NCBI RefSeq assembly: GCF_902459465.1
Contig: NC_047069.1
Location: 19,902,001-19,966,000, forward strand
Source: Asterias rubens
Lineage: Eukaryota
Length of the DNA stretch: 64,000 nt
Direction of reading: 5' to 3'
Both the position numbers and the translations under genes were made by a program. Every line of letters starts with the position of its first letter. Position 1 is the stretch's first letter. Shown here piece after piece: positions 1 through 12,809 of this stretch. The notes under the pieces are model-generated. The model did not search any database and was not told where the DNA came from. It saw only the letters and a program-made list of their open reading frames with translations.

Positions 1-76
1 GTTTGCGGTTTAATGGCTTCTGACAGGCACCCCCCATGAACAAAGATATTGACAAAATAGGGAGACCGCCAACAAA

Positions 77-148
77 GGGCTAGATAGCTCAGTTGGTAGA
101 GCGCCGGCAAGTTAAACCGGAGGTCGTTGGTTCAAATCCCGCTCTAGT
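77..148 (+). mobile_element. tRNA-derived SINE head (pseudo-tRNA)
   Basis: A-box TAGCTCAGTTGGTAGAGC and B-box GGTTCAAATCCC at tRNA spacing. The anticodon and T stems pair poorly, so a SINE head is more likely than a tRNA gene. Confidence 0.7.
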
Positions 149-1484
149 TTTTAAAATGGTTGGATTTATGTTTCTGTTAAATATTACATATTTTGAAGGT
201 CACCCTTGACTTTCGTCTGTGAAAAACACATATAACAATTCAGAGGAATGTAGGCACCGTTCTGATGTTTTTTTTTTTCAGTTTCACTTTAGTTTTTTGA
301 GAATCCGGGGTGAGTGAATACAAAAACAAAAGAAGAACAAATAAATGGAGAGGTGAAGTCAGACAAAAACACATGGCAGTTAATCCTCGTTAAACAACCT
401 GTATCCCTGTTGTAGAATATATGAATGCCAACTTAAACATGAACGTCAGAAGTCACCTTCAAAAGATGTAAGAATGAACAAAAAACATAAATCTAGCCAT
501 TTTAAAATGAATGATATGTAAATTTCATATATAAGATACGCAGGGGCCGCTCTCCTAGGGAGCATGCAGTGTTTTCTTTGCATATATTTTCTTCGTGTGT
601 ATGTGCAACGTGACAGGTATGAAACGTTCCCCGCACTAATTATGGTTCAATAAACTTCTTAGTCAATCTCTTGAAGTAATTATTTTGATATTTTAAATAA
701 AATCGAGCGTCCTCCATGTCAGGTTTCGAGCGCTCCCATAATTCCATTCCATGAAGACAACTTTAAAGACAGACCAGTCTTCTCAATTGGTGTGTCGCAA
801 CATATGCACAGAAAATAGAATTTTAATCTGTCATTCCAAACTCACAATTCATTATAAACGGTTTCTTACTCCGTTCCAACGAATTCATCCGTTATAATTA
901 ATTCAGTCCATTCAGTTATACTAAATCCCCAATCTGTTTTACGGATTCCAAACCTGTTATCGTGGATTCCCAATAACGAGTTCACAATCCGTTATTATGA
1001 ATTTACAGCATGATACTACGAATCCACACTCCGGATTCACCCTGCTCCCAACAGTTTTAGGGCATACTTTGGTAAAAACATACTTTGGCATACTTTGGTA
1101 AAAACATAATTTCAAACAATACATTGTACTCTGACGAGCGTGAGAAAGCATTTTTTTTTGCAGTAGCAAATATGTAGTCTGAAATTTATTCTCATTGACT
1201 CATTAATTTTATGTGTTCCATTTTACCCCATAGCTAGGAATCTCACCCTTTAATTGTTAACTCATTAGCCATGACCAAAACATGTTGTTGACCCTATAAA
1301 CACGCTGTCTGAAGACCACACAGTCCGTAGCATTGAAAACATAAACACAGGATGCTGACATCATAATAACTGCATGCATGTATGCAAACGTGACTTCACA
1401 CCTTCACGTTTAGCTTGGTTTCTCTGCTGACTTAATTACATAAAAAACAAAAAGTTATGGGACAGAGCTTCTCACTTCACTCGA

Positions 1485-1910
1485 AGCTTCGTATGACAAG
1501 GGTGTTTTTTTCTTTCATTGTTATCTCGCAACCTCGACGACCAATTGAGGTTAAATTTCTCAGGTTTGTTATTGTGTGCATATGTTGAGATAAACCAAGT
1601 GATCCTGGTCTTTGGCAATTACCAATATTATTCAGTGTCTTTGAAGGCAGTGGACCTAATTGGTAATTACTCAAAAGAATTATTAGCATTAAACATTTCT
1701 TGATTACAAGTAATGGGGAGAGGTTGATGGTATAAAACATTGTGAGAAACAGCTCCCTCTGAAGTGGAGTAGTTTTCGAGAAAGAAGTAGTTTTCCACAA
1801 ATTTGATTTCGAGACATCAAATTTAGAACTTGAGGTCTCGAAATCAACCATCTAAACGCACACAACTTCGTGTGACAAGGGTGTTTTTTTCTTTCACGAT
1901 AATCTCGCAA
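1485..1910 (+). mobile_element. Two partial family-A T2/Kolobok-like MITEs joined tail-to-head at a degenerate TTAA (TTGA, 1641-1644)
   Basis: The 3' half of the family-A consensus ends at ...cagtgtct and is directly followed by a new AGGCAGTGGAC terminus. The internal GAGACATCA...TGAGGTCTC hairpin is present. Confidence 0.8.
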
Positions 1911-2169
1911 GTTTGATAGTTCGATTTGGTTGTACTATATGCAGTTTTTCAACAGCTAGTTCTATTTGTGAAAATGTCTTATTCTTTGTTACGCGCGTTC
2001 GCCCCAAACAAGGCTAAACGCTAATCTTGGTATGGGGTTAAAAGAAGAAAAAATATTCAATGAGAATAATTCAGGGGAGCTGAAGGTAGGAATTGATATT
2101 CCTCCAAAACCATCTTAGAAAGACGTGAACCTTGATAATTCGGCATGCGGAGGACGCACGCATAGGCAT

Positions 2170-3480
2170 CCCTAGTCACCCACACACTCTAATTAGCGTA
2201 ATGACTAGCCCCAAGGATTGGCCTCCAAGTCTCTGAAAAGGCGAACGTCACCCTTTATTTGGCGTATGACAACCAATTGCATCTTGCATACTCTCCAGGC
2301 ATTGTTAATTGTCATTATTTGCCCCTACACTGTCCTTCGTGTATCTGATGAGCCAAGGATAGATGAAGTCAAAAGGCGAACCAACATGATTATGGGCAAA
2401 CTGTAGTCAAGATACCCACAGTTCATCTACAGTTGCATAGTCTCCAGGCTTTGTTCGTAATTGCCCTATAATGTCCTGCATATAATTGATGGGACAAGGA
2501 CTCATCAAATCAAAATGCGAACATATTATGGTGACATATAGTCCTGACGTATGATACCCAGCTCATCTACTGTTGCATACTCTCCAGACATTGTTCTTAA
2601 AGAAACTGGACACTATTGGTAATTGTTAAAGACTAGCCTTAACAGTTTGTGTATCTCAACATATGCATAAAATAACAAACCTGTGAAAATTTGAGCTCCT
2701 TTGGTCGTCGAAGTTGCGAGATAATAATGAAAGAAAAATCACCATTGTCACACGAAGTTGTGTGCTTTCAGATGCTCGACTTCGAGACCTCAAATTCTAA
2801 ATCTGAGGTCTCGAAATCAAAGTCGTGGAAAATTACTTCCTTCTCGAAAACTACATTACTTCAGAGGGAGCCGTTGCTAACAATGTTTTATACTATCAAC
2901 CTCTCCCTATTACTCGTGACTAAGTAAGGTTTTGTGCTAATAACTATTTTGAGTAATTACCAATAGTGTCCACTGCCTTTAAAGTGTAACTCAAATGGCC
3001 TCAAGTAATGCCCCTCTAATGTTCTCCATACACCTCCAATGAACCGAGTACACAGCAAGTCAAAAGGCGAACATATTATGGTGACGCTATAGTCAATTGA
3101 CGTATGCCACTAAGCGCATCTTGCATATGCTCTCCAGGCATTGTTTTTTAATTTAGTGTAATTACTGACCCCCAACTAATGCCCCCATGATATCACCCAT
3201 GTATCTAGGATGTGTCAAGGACAGAGCAAGTAAAAAGGCGAAACAAAATGATAACGGTCAGACTTTAGTCATGACACTAATAGTTCATCTACAGTTGCAT
3301 CTCTCCAGGCATTGTTCTTTAATTAAGCGTAATTACTGGCCCAAGTAATGCCCCTACTATGCCCTCCATGTAGGCTTATCTTATGAGCCAAGGGGAGAAC
3401 AAGTCTAAAGGCGATCATGATTATGGTCACACTATAGTCACGACACCCACATCTTCAGGCATTGTTATTTAATAGCGCGT
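2170..3480. repeat. Old diverged tandem repeat, about 6 units of ~135-175 bp
   Basis: AAAAGGCGAAC recurs near 2236, 2371, 2511, 3062, 3232 and 3406, each followed by TTGCATA-CTCTCCAGGCATTGTT-like sequence. Unit 3 is split by a MITE. Confidence 0.8.
2601..2978 (-). mobile_element. Full-length family-A T2/Kolobok-like MITE
   Basis: TTAA at 2597-2600 and 2979-2982; TIR core TGGACACTATTGGTAATT / AATTACCAATAGTGTCCA; internal palindrome 2781-2815. Confidence 0.9.
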
Positions 3481-4019
3481 GTGTCAAGACCTTTAACTGG
3501 TCAAACACATTGCAAACCATTTGTATCTAAGGAAATGGAGAAAAAAATATCTTAGTTCATAACAGTCCTTCATTCGACCTTTTTCACGTTTGTTTTTCCA
3601 TACGCCTGAGACTTGCAGTATCTTTATGGAAAGAACGATGGCCATTTTAAGCTTCCGTACTTAACACATACAAATTCAAGCAGAAGATTTCCCGCCATTA
3701 TTCGCTGTCGGGAAAACTTTAAAGATTGCTGTGTTTGCGCATTGTTAAAATGTACCACACTGAATAAAAGCTAACTTTCTTTAATCTCTAACTAAGAATG
3801 CTACACATACAAAAGTTATCGGACTAATTGTTGAAGATAACACAAACGTCAAAACACAGATTTCACACCAGCTTGTTTACGGGCAAATCTTCTCGTTAGC
3901 TAAAAATACCCCGACCACGCACCCTAGATGCATAAATCACAATCACAACCAGCTACAGGTCATTAGAAGACGCTGCTCTGCGGGCAGATCGGGGGAAAGT
4001 CCGCCGTATAATTTGCCTA

Positions 4020-4550
4020 TTGACGCAGTTCGAAATCAACATCGACACCTCTGTCATGTATTACATGCATTAGACTACATCGTGCTTTGCCCCAACTCGT
4101 CCTAGATGGTGCTCATAAGGTGACGGGTTTTGTGCGTTGAGAACACGGTTCCCTAGATCAGAGCGGCTGCGTCAAATGAAACGGACTGGACAGTGTGGTT
4201 AAGGCCTTGATGTTTTTTGTGACGCAGTTAGCAAATCAACCCCGACGCCTCTGTCAATAAACATACGTAAGACAACACCGTGCTCTGCGCCAACTCGTCC
4301 TAAATGATGCTCCTAAGGTGACGGGTGTCGTGCGTTGAGAACACGGTGCCCTAGATTAGAGCGGATGCGTCAAACGAAAGGGACTTAACCGTGAGTTTTG
4401 GTTCAAGGCTTTGGCGGGGTTTGTCCTAAATGACGCATTTCGCAAACCTACTACGACTCCAATATCAGTAAATATGCGTAAGACTACACTGTGCTTTGCA
4501 CCAACTCGTCATGGATGCTCCTAAAGAGACACGGTGCTCTAGATTGGCTT
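4020..4550. repeat. Diverged ~200-bp tandem repeat, about 2.7 units; the complete units are bounded by TGACGCA...TGCGTCA
   Basis: Units start at 4021, 4220 and 4431 and share CCAACTCGTCCTA and GAGAACACGGT. Inverted motifs lie at 4168-4174 and 4366-4372. Confidence 0.85.
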
Positions 4551-6526
4551 GCTCTATGGTCAAACCATGGTCAAACGACACGGATAAAATTGAGCTGTAT
4601 ACAAGGCTTTGCCAGGGCTATTTTAAGGGACACTGGAGGCTCGTAAACAACCGATTATTTTCTTCTGGGACGGGGAAAGACAAAGAAAGTAAACGAGGTA
4701 CACTACTCTGACTATGAATTATTGATAATCGTTTCTTAATATAGCCTCCTTCAATAACCATGGTCTTGGTCTACCACTTACTCGTTGAAAAAAATAATGA
4801 ATAAGGCATTATGCCCCCCCCTATTTTTGGTAGAGCTAACAAAAAACAGTTTCAGACAGTGTTCATGTATTGTGTGATCAAACATCAAACGACAAACCTG
4901 TAAAGATTTGGGCCCAGACCGTTGCTTGAGTCAGGAGAAAATATGGAAACTATGCAATAATTTCTAGCATAAACACATTGTTCTTAGTTTTAGCTGTAAC
5001 AGTTGATATACAGTTTTGATCGGTTATGACTTCATTTCAGAAAGAAACAATTTACAGACAAAACTAGTTTAATAGGACCTGGTATGAATTGGTAAGCTTC
5101 AGAATAAATAAAATGTTTTATCCTTACCAATCCCGTTTCCCCCCAATACCAATCTTGTATACAACTTTACCCCCAAGAAAATCAAATTGAAGGAGCATTA
5201 CAAATTGGTTTTGCTAACAAAACAGTTGCTGAAAGTGTAAACACTTCATGTAATGCACCATACACATCAACCTGTAGAGGTTTGAAATCGATCGTCCGTC
5301 TGGGTCACGAGAAACTAGTGAAAAAAAGATTACATATTTTGCATGACATTGATGCAAATAAAACCCCAAAAACCTCATCATCATCATTAGACCGTGTAAG
5401 TTTTATGTAAATCTGTGATCTTCATGAATGTTTTCTTACCGATTCTGTAACGTTCCTCTAAGAGCAAAACCAAATAAACAAACGCGGGCAAAACACCCAC
5501 CCTAACGTGCACACACCAAAAAGCAAATAAACAAACAAAAAACATTATGACTAACTTCACCATGCCCTTTTGAGTTTCATTCAGCAATCTCACTTATTAT
5601 TTCAAGTTCATACCATCATTATTATCCAATTCTCCAGAGACAAATTTCCGGCCGTAAGATTACCTTTTAGAAAAAGAAAAAAAAAACCACTAGAGCAAGC
5701 CCACTCAATCTGAAAGTGCCAGCGTTTATTTGTATACCTTTATTTAACTTTCCAGCAGGCGTACATCACTCCTTATTAAAAAAACAACCAAATCAATACT
5801 GAGCACCCATCCACAGGTGTGCCCCCGAAGGCTGGAAACACCCCTATCTCGGAATGGAATGCCTCTATATAATTCACACTAGACATCGTCAAACAGTCTG
5901 TTATAATTGACAATAATTGTAACTTAATTGCGAATTACATTGATATAATTTTCCGCGAGGGAGGATTTTCAGATGAGGCAAATCAGTATGTAATAGAGTG
6001 AAGAAAATGACACAAGAAGTATGGAAGGTTGTTTGGACTCAAATCACGTTCACTTGCATCGATTATTGAGTGGGTGGAAAGAACAGGTGACAGGCACCCA
6101 CTGGGTATGTGTTCATGAGTTGATCCTAGAGGTTACCCATACTGGGTGTATTGGGTGTTCATGATGTTCCTAGAAAGGTTACCAACGGGTAAAAAAATGG
6201 GTTAAGCCAGCTGCGTCTTTAATTCATTCTGAAATCCGCGAACGCCGTAATTTAATTCCATATTCGATCCATGTGTTTTTGCGTGCCAGAGACGTTTTTG
6301 GGAAAAACATCAGGAACAGCTACCGGACAGTACACAGTGTTGATGAAAACAAAGCTACACGGACAAGAAGACGACAGCTCGGCAGAGAAACAGCAAAACA
6401 AGTCGACGGACGAACAGATAGGTACCTAGCAATCAAACAAAGATGATCCATTAGTACTAGTTATATCAAAACGCTCAGTGTCTATAAGCGAGCTACGTTT
6501 TTGAAGTATACGACCTATTCCTTTAA

Positions 6527-6896
6527 AGGGAAGGTACACGTTTGGTAATTGTCAAAGACCAGTGTTCTCACTTGGTGTATCCCATCATAACCATAAAATA
6601 ACAAGCCTGTGAAAATGTGGGCTCAATTGGTCATCGAAGTTGCGAGGAAATTATGAAAGAAAAAAACACCCTTGTTGGACGAATTTGTGTGCTTTCAGAT
6701 AAGAATAAAAGACTTCTAGCTAGAAGTCTTTTATTATTTTAGTGAGAAATTACCTCTTAATCGAAAAAACTGCATTACTTCAGAGGGAGTCATTTCCCAC
6801 AATGTTTTATACTATCAACAGCTCCCAAATGTTGTTACCAAGTCAGTTTTTAAGTGCATATTTGTTTCGAGTTACTACCAAACGTGTACCTTCCCT
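6527..6896 (-). mobile_element. Family-A variant MITE with AGGGAAGGTACACGTTTGGTA TIRs
   Basis: TTAA at 6523-6526 and 6897-6900; near-perfect TIRs; perfect 32-bp internal palindrome at 6704-6735. Confidence 0.9.
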
Positions 6897-8328
6897 TTAA
6901 ATAATAACAAGACGTTCCTAGGTCCTCATACAGCGCCATTCCACAAGTGCTGTGGTGCAATGTTAATTTTTACGAGTGGTTCCTTAATAATGGTTGCTGA
7001 TTTATGTATTTTGTGAGGCGCTTTGATGCATTGAATAATGTGATATCTAAATGCTTTGTATTATTGTTAATCATTTTGCAGCATATGTAGCCAAACCCAG
7101 TATAACATTTTTTGTTCAAACACCTCTCTTTTACGCATTTTTTGGTGAGACAATTACCTCGCCATTTTTGTTTCAACACAACTGTGGCATTAAAAACGGA
7201 TCAAAAATAAGGAAAAACCTAATCCTAGCCCGCGAACCCAATCACCTGCGATACAATCAGATTAAATCTTTGACGAGGGAGTGGGTGTAGAGGACCCACC
7301 CCAACGGGGCATTTCTCAGTGAAGTACTCCTAGGATAAGGTGTTGGGATGTGCGGGTGGGGGTAATCTGTCATCAAACAAGGAATTATCGGCGGAATGCA
7401 AATTAAAACCTCCCACGCTCAAATCCTTCATTCTCTTTGTATCCTTGTCTTGACTCTGTAAACGGGATGATAATCAGTGTCCGGACCGCGAGGGGACGAG
7501 CCGAGTACGTGCATGGATTGTCGAAATCGCCAAATGACATTTCACGTGGGGTAGGTACCCTTTTGCGATGGATGACTGCTTGTCCGACTAGATGGAGACG
7601 TTTGTGTTGTGACGAACAATCTACATGTTCATGATTGGGAAATAAGATAGATCGCTCTCCTGTGTTGGCAGTGGTGAAAATAACTCTGCGAGAAGACCGG
7701 GGCGTGAAGATTATTTATTCAGCGATGCACTATGACCAAATAAGGGCATGAGTTTCTTGCAGTGTTTATTTTTTTGCTCTTGATTTTATGTCCTTTTTTT
7801 GTGTGTGATATTGATTTGGTTTGAATTCAAATCGATTAAACATATCCCTGGGATCATGGCAAAATGTATACACAGTACACAGTAGCTTATAACAAATAAA
7901 TAAACAAGAAAACGAGAAAGAAAATGGCTCACCAAAATATCGCAGGATAGCAACAAAAATCCCAAAACGGCAAAAAACGACAAACGGGAAAACTTATTTA
8001 AGCTTTTTTTTTCCTCAAAATTAAGTACTCAAGGAATAATTCAATAATTACGCTTTGAAAGACTATACTTGTGTTACAAGGTAATATCTTTGACGTCGTG
8101 TCCTCATTCACCCTGTGATTGCCTTATCATTTTGCCCTTTTGGGTAATTTGCAAGATTGTACACAAACAATTTCTAAAAACTGGTTACCACATAGTTAGC
8201 TTTATCTATTTTTAACATTAGAAGCTACAGTTAATTTCGGTATTCAAAAACTGCTGGCTATGACAAACTGGAATCAACACCTGGTACGCTAATTAGTGGT
8301 TGACAAATGGGAAGCTAAGTAAACTTAA

Positions 8329-8703
8329 AGGGTGGACACTAGTAGTAATTACTCAAAATAATTATTTGCATAAAACATGACTTGGTAATGAGTTATGAGA
8401 GAGGTTGATGGTATGAAATATTGTGAGAAACGGCTCCCTCTGAATTCATGTAGTTTTCGAGCAAGAAGTAATTTTCCTCGAGTTTGATTTTGAGACCTCA
8501 GAATTAGATTTGGAGGTCTCGAAATTAATCATCTGAAAGCACACAACTTTGTGTGACAAGGGTGTTTTTTGAATTTATTATTTTGCAACTGCGACGACCA
8601 TATTGAGCTCAACATTTTCACAGGTTTGTTATGTTATGCATATGTTGAGAACCACCAAGTGAGAAGACTGGTGTCTGATAACAACCAAAAGTGCCCAATG
8701 TCT
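8329..8703 (+). mobile_element. Family-A MITE inserted at a TTAA within a satellite-like unit
   Basis: TTAA at 8325-8328 and 8704-8707. The joined flanks resemble the CTTAACTCTTTTTGA unit seen at 9770-10250. Confidence 0.85.
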
Positions 8704-9508
8704 TTAACTCTTTTTGATTCGATGGAAGGTTAATATTGGTAATAAGAAACCTGGCCTTCAAACCAGTTTGAACTAAACGTCAAACGAGAAAAAATATCCC
8801 AATGAGGTTTTTGTCCTCAAAATTAAGTTTCAAGGAACGTTTCAATAACTACCCCTTGGAGAGGAACACTGTACTTGTCTTTACAAGTACAGTCTTTGAA
8901 GTCTTTGAAGTTGTTTCTGCCCTTCTGATTTCACACACAGTGAGATTGTAAAAAGAAAAAGAAAAAAGAGAGTAATTAAAAGTAGCAGGTGCATGATAGC
9001 CTCACGACCGTCAGATGATTCCAAGGTATTAAACATGTCTCACAAGAATGGTTGTACTTTTTCCCTTTGTCTTTCAAAACGGTCATGGAAAGAGAAATAC
9101 GAGGTTTTCAAAATCCCTTGATTCTGTTCCAATAGGCCAACTTGATTGGAGTTCTAGAGACAACAATAGGCGAGGCCAAAGACTAAAAGTTTATCATCGT
9201 TGAGGGCTTCGGTTTTCCATCTAAGGGGTGCACCATAGACTGCTATATGAACGTATTGGCCTACGTCAGTGCCGACCTTCATCCACATCATTGTCATCGC
9301 GCCCCAGCCATAATCATGGACACACTTTTTGTTACGAAAGACACAAATTTAAAACAAAGTATACATATCGAGCAACTCTTTACACTTTCTATAAGTCATT
9401 GACACTAACTGATGTAATGGATAACATTGAGACAACCCTTATATCAGTGGTTTTTAAACTGTTGTTCATCAAATTGAGAACAAAAAAGTGCGACTGGCTG
9501 TACACCAT

Positions 9509-9677
9509 CCGTCGATTTCACAAAACTCTTCCTATGTTAGGGATTGATCTTAGGACTTAGGATGAGTTAAGTTCCGTATACATAGACGTTAGGACGCATT
9601 GAACCCATCCTAAGTTAGGACGAGTTACTCGTCCTAACTCGAGATAGGCTTAATCCTAGCATTTCGTGAAATCGGCT
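9509..9677. mobile_element. Harbinger-like MITE, family G (GTCGATTTCAC...GTGAAATCG TIRs)
   Basis: Inverted termini; CAT and CAG 3-mers at the flanks; reconstructed target TACACCAGGTCTTT. Confidence 0.65.
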
Positions 9678-9759
9678 GCAGGTCTTTGACTCTTAAGGTA
9701 GAACAATAACTAGTGGTACTGTGAACACTGTTGGTTACAATGTCAAGTTTTGAATTAAG

Positions 9760-10250
9760 ATCCTAGTCAGCTTAACTCTTTTTGAGTCAATAGAAGGTAC
9801 TAGGGTTATGTATTTGGGAGAACAGCTGGTTATGACAAACTGGAATCAATACATGGTAAGTAGGATTTGAAACTTTGCATGGTGGAAATACGATAAGGAA
9901 AGGTTTGCGGTAACACCATGTAATGACTATCTCTAGTGAGTTGGGGTGGTTATGAAACCAACGATTCTTTTCAGAACCACCCTTAACTCATTTAGAGATA
10001 GTCATTACATGGTGTTCCACCGCAAACCTTGACATAGGACAAGGTAAATTAACTAGTGGTTGAATAAACTGGTTATCCTAGTCAGCTTAACTCTTTTTGA
10101 ATCAGTAGAAGGTAGAGTAAAACTGCTGGTTATGACAAACTTGAATCAAGACACGGTACGCTAGTTAGTGTTTATCAAACTGGGTATAAACTAGCTTAAC
10201 CCTCATTGAACCAATAGAAGGTAAAGTTTTTGGTAGAAGTGGCTGGGTAT
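9760..10250. repeat. ~110-bp satellite-like tandem repeat, 3-4 units, interrupted by a foldback insert; related unit at 8250-8775
   Basis: CAGCTTAACTCTTTTTGA...AGAAGGTA...CTGGTTATGACAAACTGGAATCAA is repeated. Confidence 0.75.
9860..10032. mobile_element. Foldback pair of family-F repeats with ~60-bp inverted arms; other copies at 41283-41410 (+) and 43058-43162 (-)
   Basis: AGGTTTGCGGTAACACCATGTAATGACTATCTC (from 9901) is mirrored by GAGATAGTCATTACATGGTGTTCCACCGCAAACCT (to about 10030). Confidence 0.75.
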
Positions 10251-12809
10251 ACTTTTGGTAAAGTCAAAAGACTTGTATCCCCCTATTGGTGTAACCAAAC
10301 GAATACACAACATAACGGACCTGTACAAATTTGACTTTAATTGGTAATTAAAGTTGTATGTTAGCAAATAATGACCCAAAAAACCCATTCCTAATGCGTA
10401 AAATGTGTGCTTTCAGTTGCCTAAGAAAGGTTTCATGCCTGAAGCCTTTCGCAGGTTATATAATATTTTGGAATGTCTGAAGCCTTTCTCAGATTCACAT
10501 GTTTTGGTGAACAATTACTTCTTTCAGCGACTTCAAAGGGGTTCTTTCTAACAATGTTCGCTTTGCTTTTTTTGTTCGAAACCAATGGGGACGTAAAAAA
10601 TAAAAGACCCAAAATTGGAGAACAGAAAGGGGTGTCCTCGAATTTCATCTTTTATATAAACATGTGAGCTAATAAGACTTTTTGACATATGGCGTACACA
10701 ATGCTATAACACTATAAGGTTAGGGTAAAACTGTGTATTACACCCAACCCAAACAGTACACTCCTATCACGTCCGCTATACCTCAACAAATAGGCTTATA
10801 GGAGTGCCCTTATGGGTTATTCTCTACAATGGCGCAATGGACCCCACAAGGGAATCTTCGATAAATCTGGACACAACAAGGGGGTTCTTTATGAAGTTGA
10901 ATAATATAAAAAAAAAACAGGAGGATTTCACAAACCGGATCCATACGGTTGGTTGGGCGTGTGTGTAAAAAATAAATATATTGTGGTTCAAGACAATTTA
11001 CGGCAAAAAGCGATTAACCATTTGCGGGACAATTTTCGCGTTCCTGAGTTAAAGTACCGCAAATGTTGCTATCTAAAACTCTAAAATATCTAACAGCCGT
11101 GGGGTGTCTCTTTGAATCTCAATAACAATTCTCTTTACTCCATGCAAATTGTCTTCGAGGTTTGTTTATCAAGAAACTTGGCTAGTCTTCTTTGAAGATC
11201 TGGAATGATTAGGAGCTGACTTTTAATAGTTGTTATGTTCGTCATGACCGCAGAGTGAAACTGAACTGGGTCAAAAAACAGATTATCTAAACTCAAATGC
11301 CACAACCTTCTTTCAGTTATAGACATGTCGCAAAATCATTGTTTTAAAGGTACATTAGACTAACTGCATCTCTTACATTAGACTAACTGCATCTCTTTAT
11401 TGTAAAGCAATGCACCTCAACATTGAAGGTAGAGCATACGTTTGGTATAACCATTCCTAGTTGCAATAAGAACTGACATGGTTAGACATACAGCAGCTTT
11501 CGATAGCATTAAGCATTTTGAAAATCTCGTCACCTTGAAGTAATGTAGTTATGGAAGAAGATATAGGTTTTTCTTGAACCTGAACAGTCGTTACTGTCAG
11601 AAACGCTTCTTACATTGTGTGACATTTGAAAATGAAATTTGATAAGGTTGGATACCCGCATTTGCACATGGACTTAACTAATCGAACGGTTCCAAAATCC
11701 AAAGGGGGTACGTTCTTTGATAGAGCTGAACAAATCGCATACAGCGTTTGCGTTTTGTGTTATACGTGAAATAAAAATCTGTGAAAACTTCATCCGTTGT
11801 TTTAGCCATGAGCAAATAAAAAAAAATATGAGTGTGTAAAATGTTCAGCATATAAGCACATTGTCCTTAAGTTTGGTTGTAAGGCTATTGCGTATTTTGT
11901 CATGGTTGTCAGATACAGTTTCCTCAAGTATGACCTTATTTCAGAGATGAATATTTCACAGAACAATTTTTGTGATATAAATGTGAACTTCGTTATCAGC
12001 AAGCTTACAGAGTAAGATTAAACAATGTTATTTTATTTCGATCCTTACGATCCTGTATAATACCTTTAAAGTTAATTTCGTAGACAAAACATTGTAGTTA
12101 ACTCTCTGCTCTGAATAACCAATGGTTCACTTAAAGTGTCCTTTAAGCTTTTCTGATTGTTTTTCTTACGCAGCTGACATTTCATCACTATCTATTTGCG
12201 AGTGGGAGGACAACTCGTCCTTTGAGATCGCGCCGATAGATCCACGATTTTGATCTTGATAACGGGGACCTCACCCTCGTCCTCACTCCATGCGATTACA
12301 GTTTTAACTATTGGAAACACTAAGGTGCACATACAAATTGAATGTATGTTGGTGCATCTATTAAAAGCACTATTTAAAGGATGAGAAGGATGTTATAACA
12401 AACAGGACGGTAAGACGTCTGGAAGAAAACACATGGTTTTAAATAAAGAGACAGACGTCTTGAATCAGTCTAATTTTGTTTTCGCACGCTAGTTGGAACT
12501 GAATAAACAGTGGCCATCTAACAGTCTGTTGTGCGGCTATGGCTGCGGCTTTTGGCTTACGGTGGCAATGTTTAAGTACACATAGAGTAAGAAGTCTATA
12601 GCCATAATCTATAGCCGGTGATTTTGTCACTTTCACTCCTGTTTCTCAAATCAGTGCCCATATACGGTAGCAAGGCTGCCAAGTGAAGCGAGTCCGCATA
12701 TGGTAGCGAGGCTGCATCAGCTATAACGAATACAAATATCAACTTCATTGCATGATATTGATTAATAAAAGAGAGCCATACAAGGGCCTGATTTCATAGA
12801 GCTGCTTAA

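Noticed and set aside
77-148. Functional tRNA gene
   Set aside because: The anticodon arm has 4 bp and a 9-nt loop, and the T stem is mismatched, which fits a SINE head.
1477-1910. Recurrent short ORFs such as MSSIGRRSCEIIMKEK and ITSFSKTTPLQRE (also near 2691, 12806 and 44556)
   Set aside because: They are chance frames within family-A MITE copies, are disrupted differently in each copy, and carry no protein motifs.
6289-6422. Purine-rich exon-like segment (AG...AG|GTACCT)
   Set aside because: Two frames are open, no homology is recognised and the donor is weak, so it cannot be supported without transcripts.
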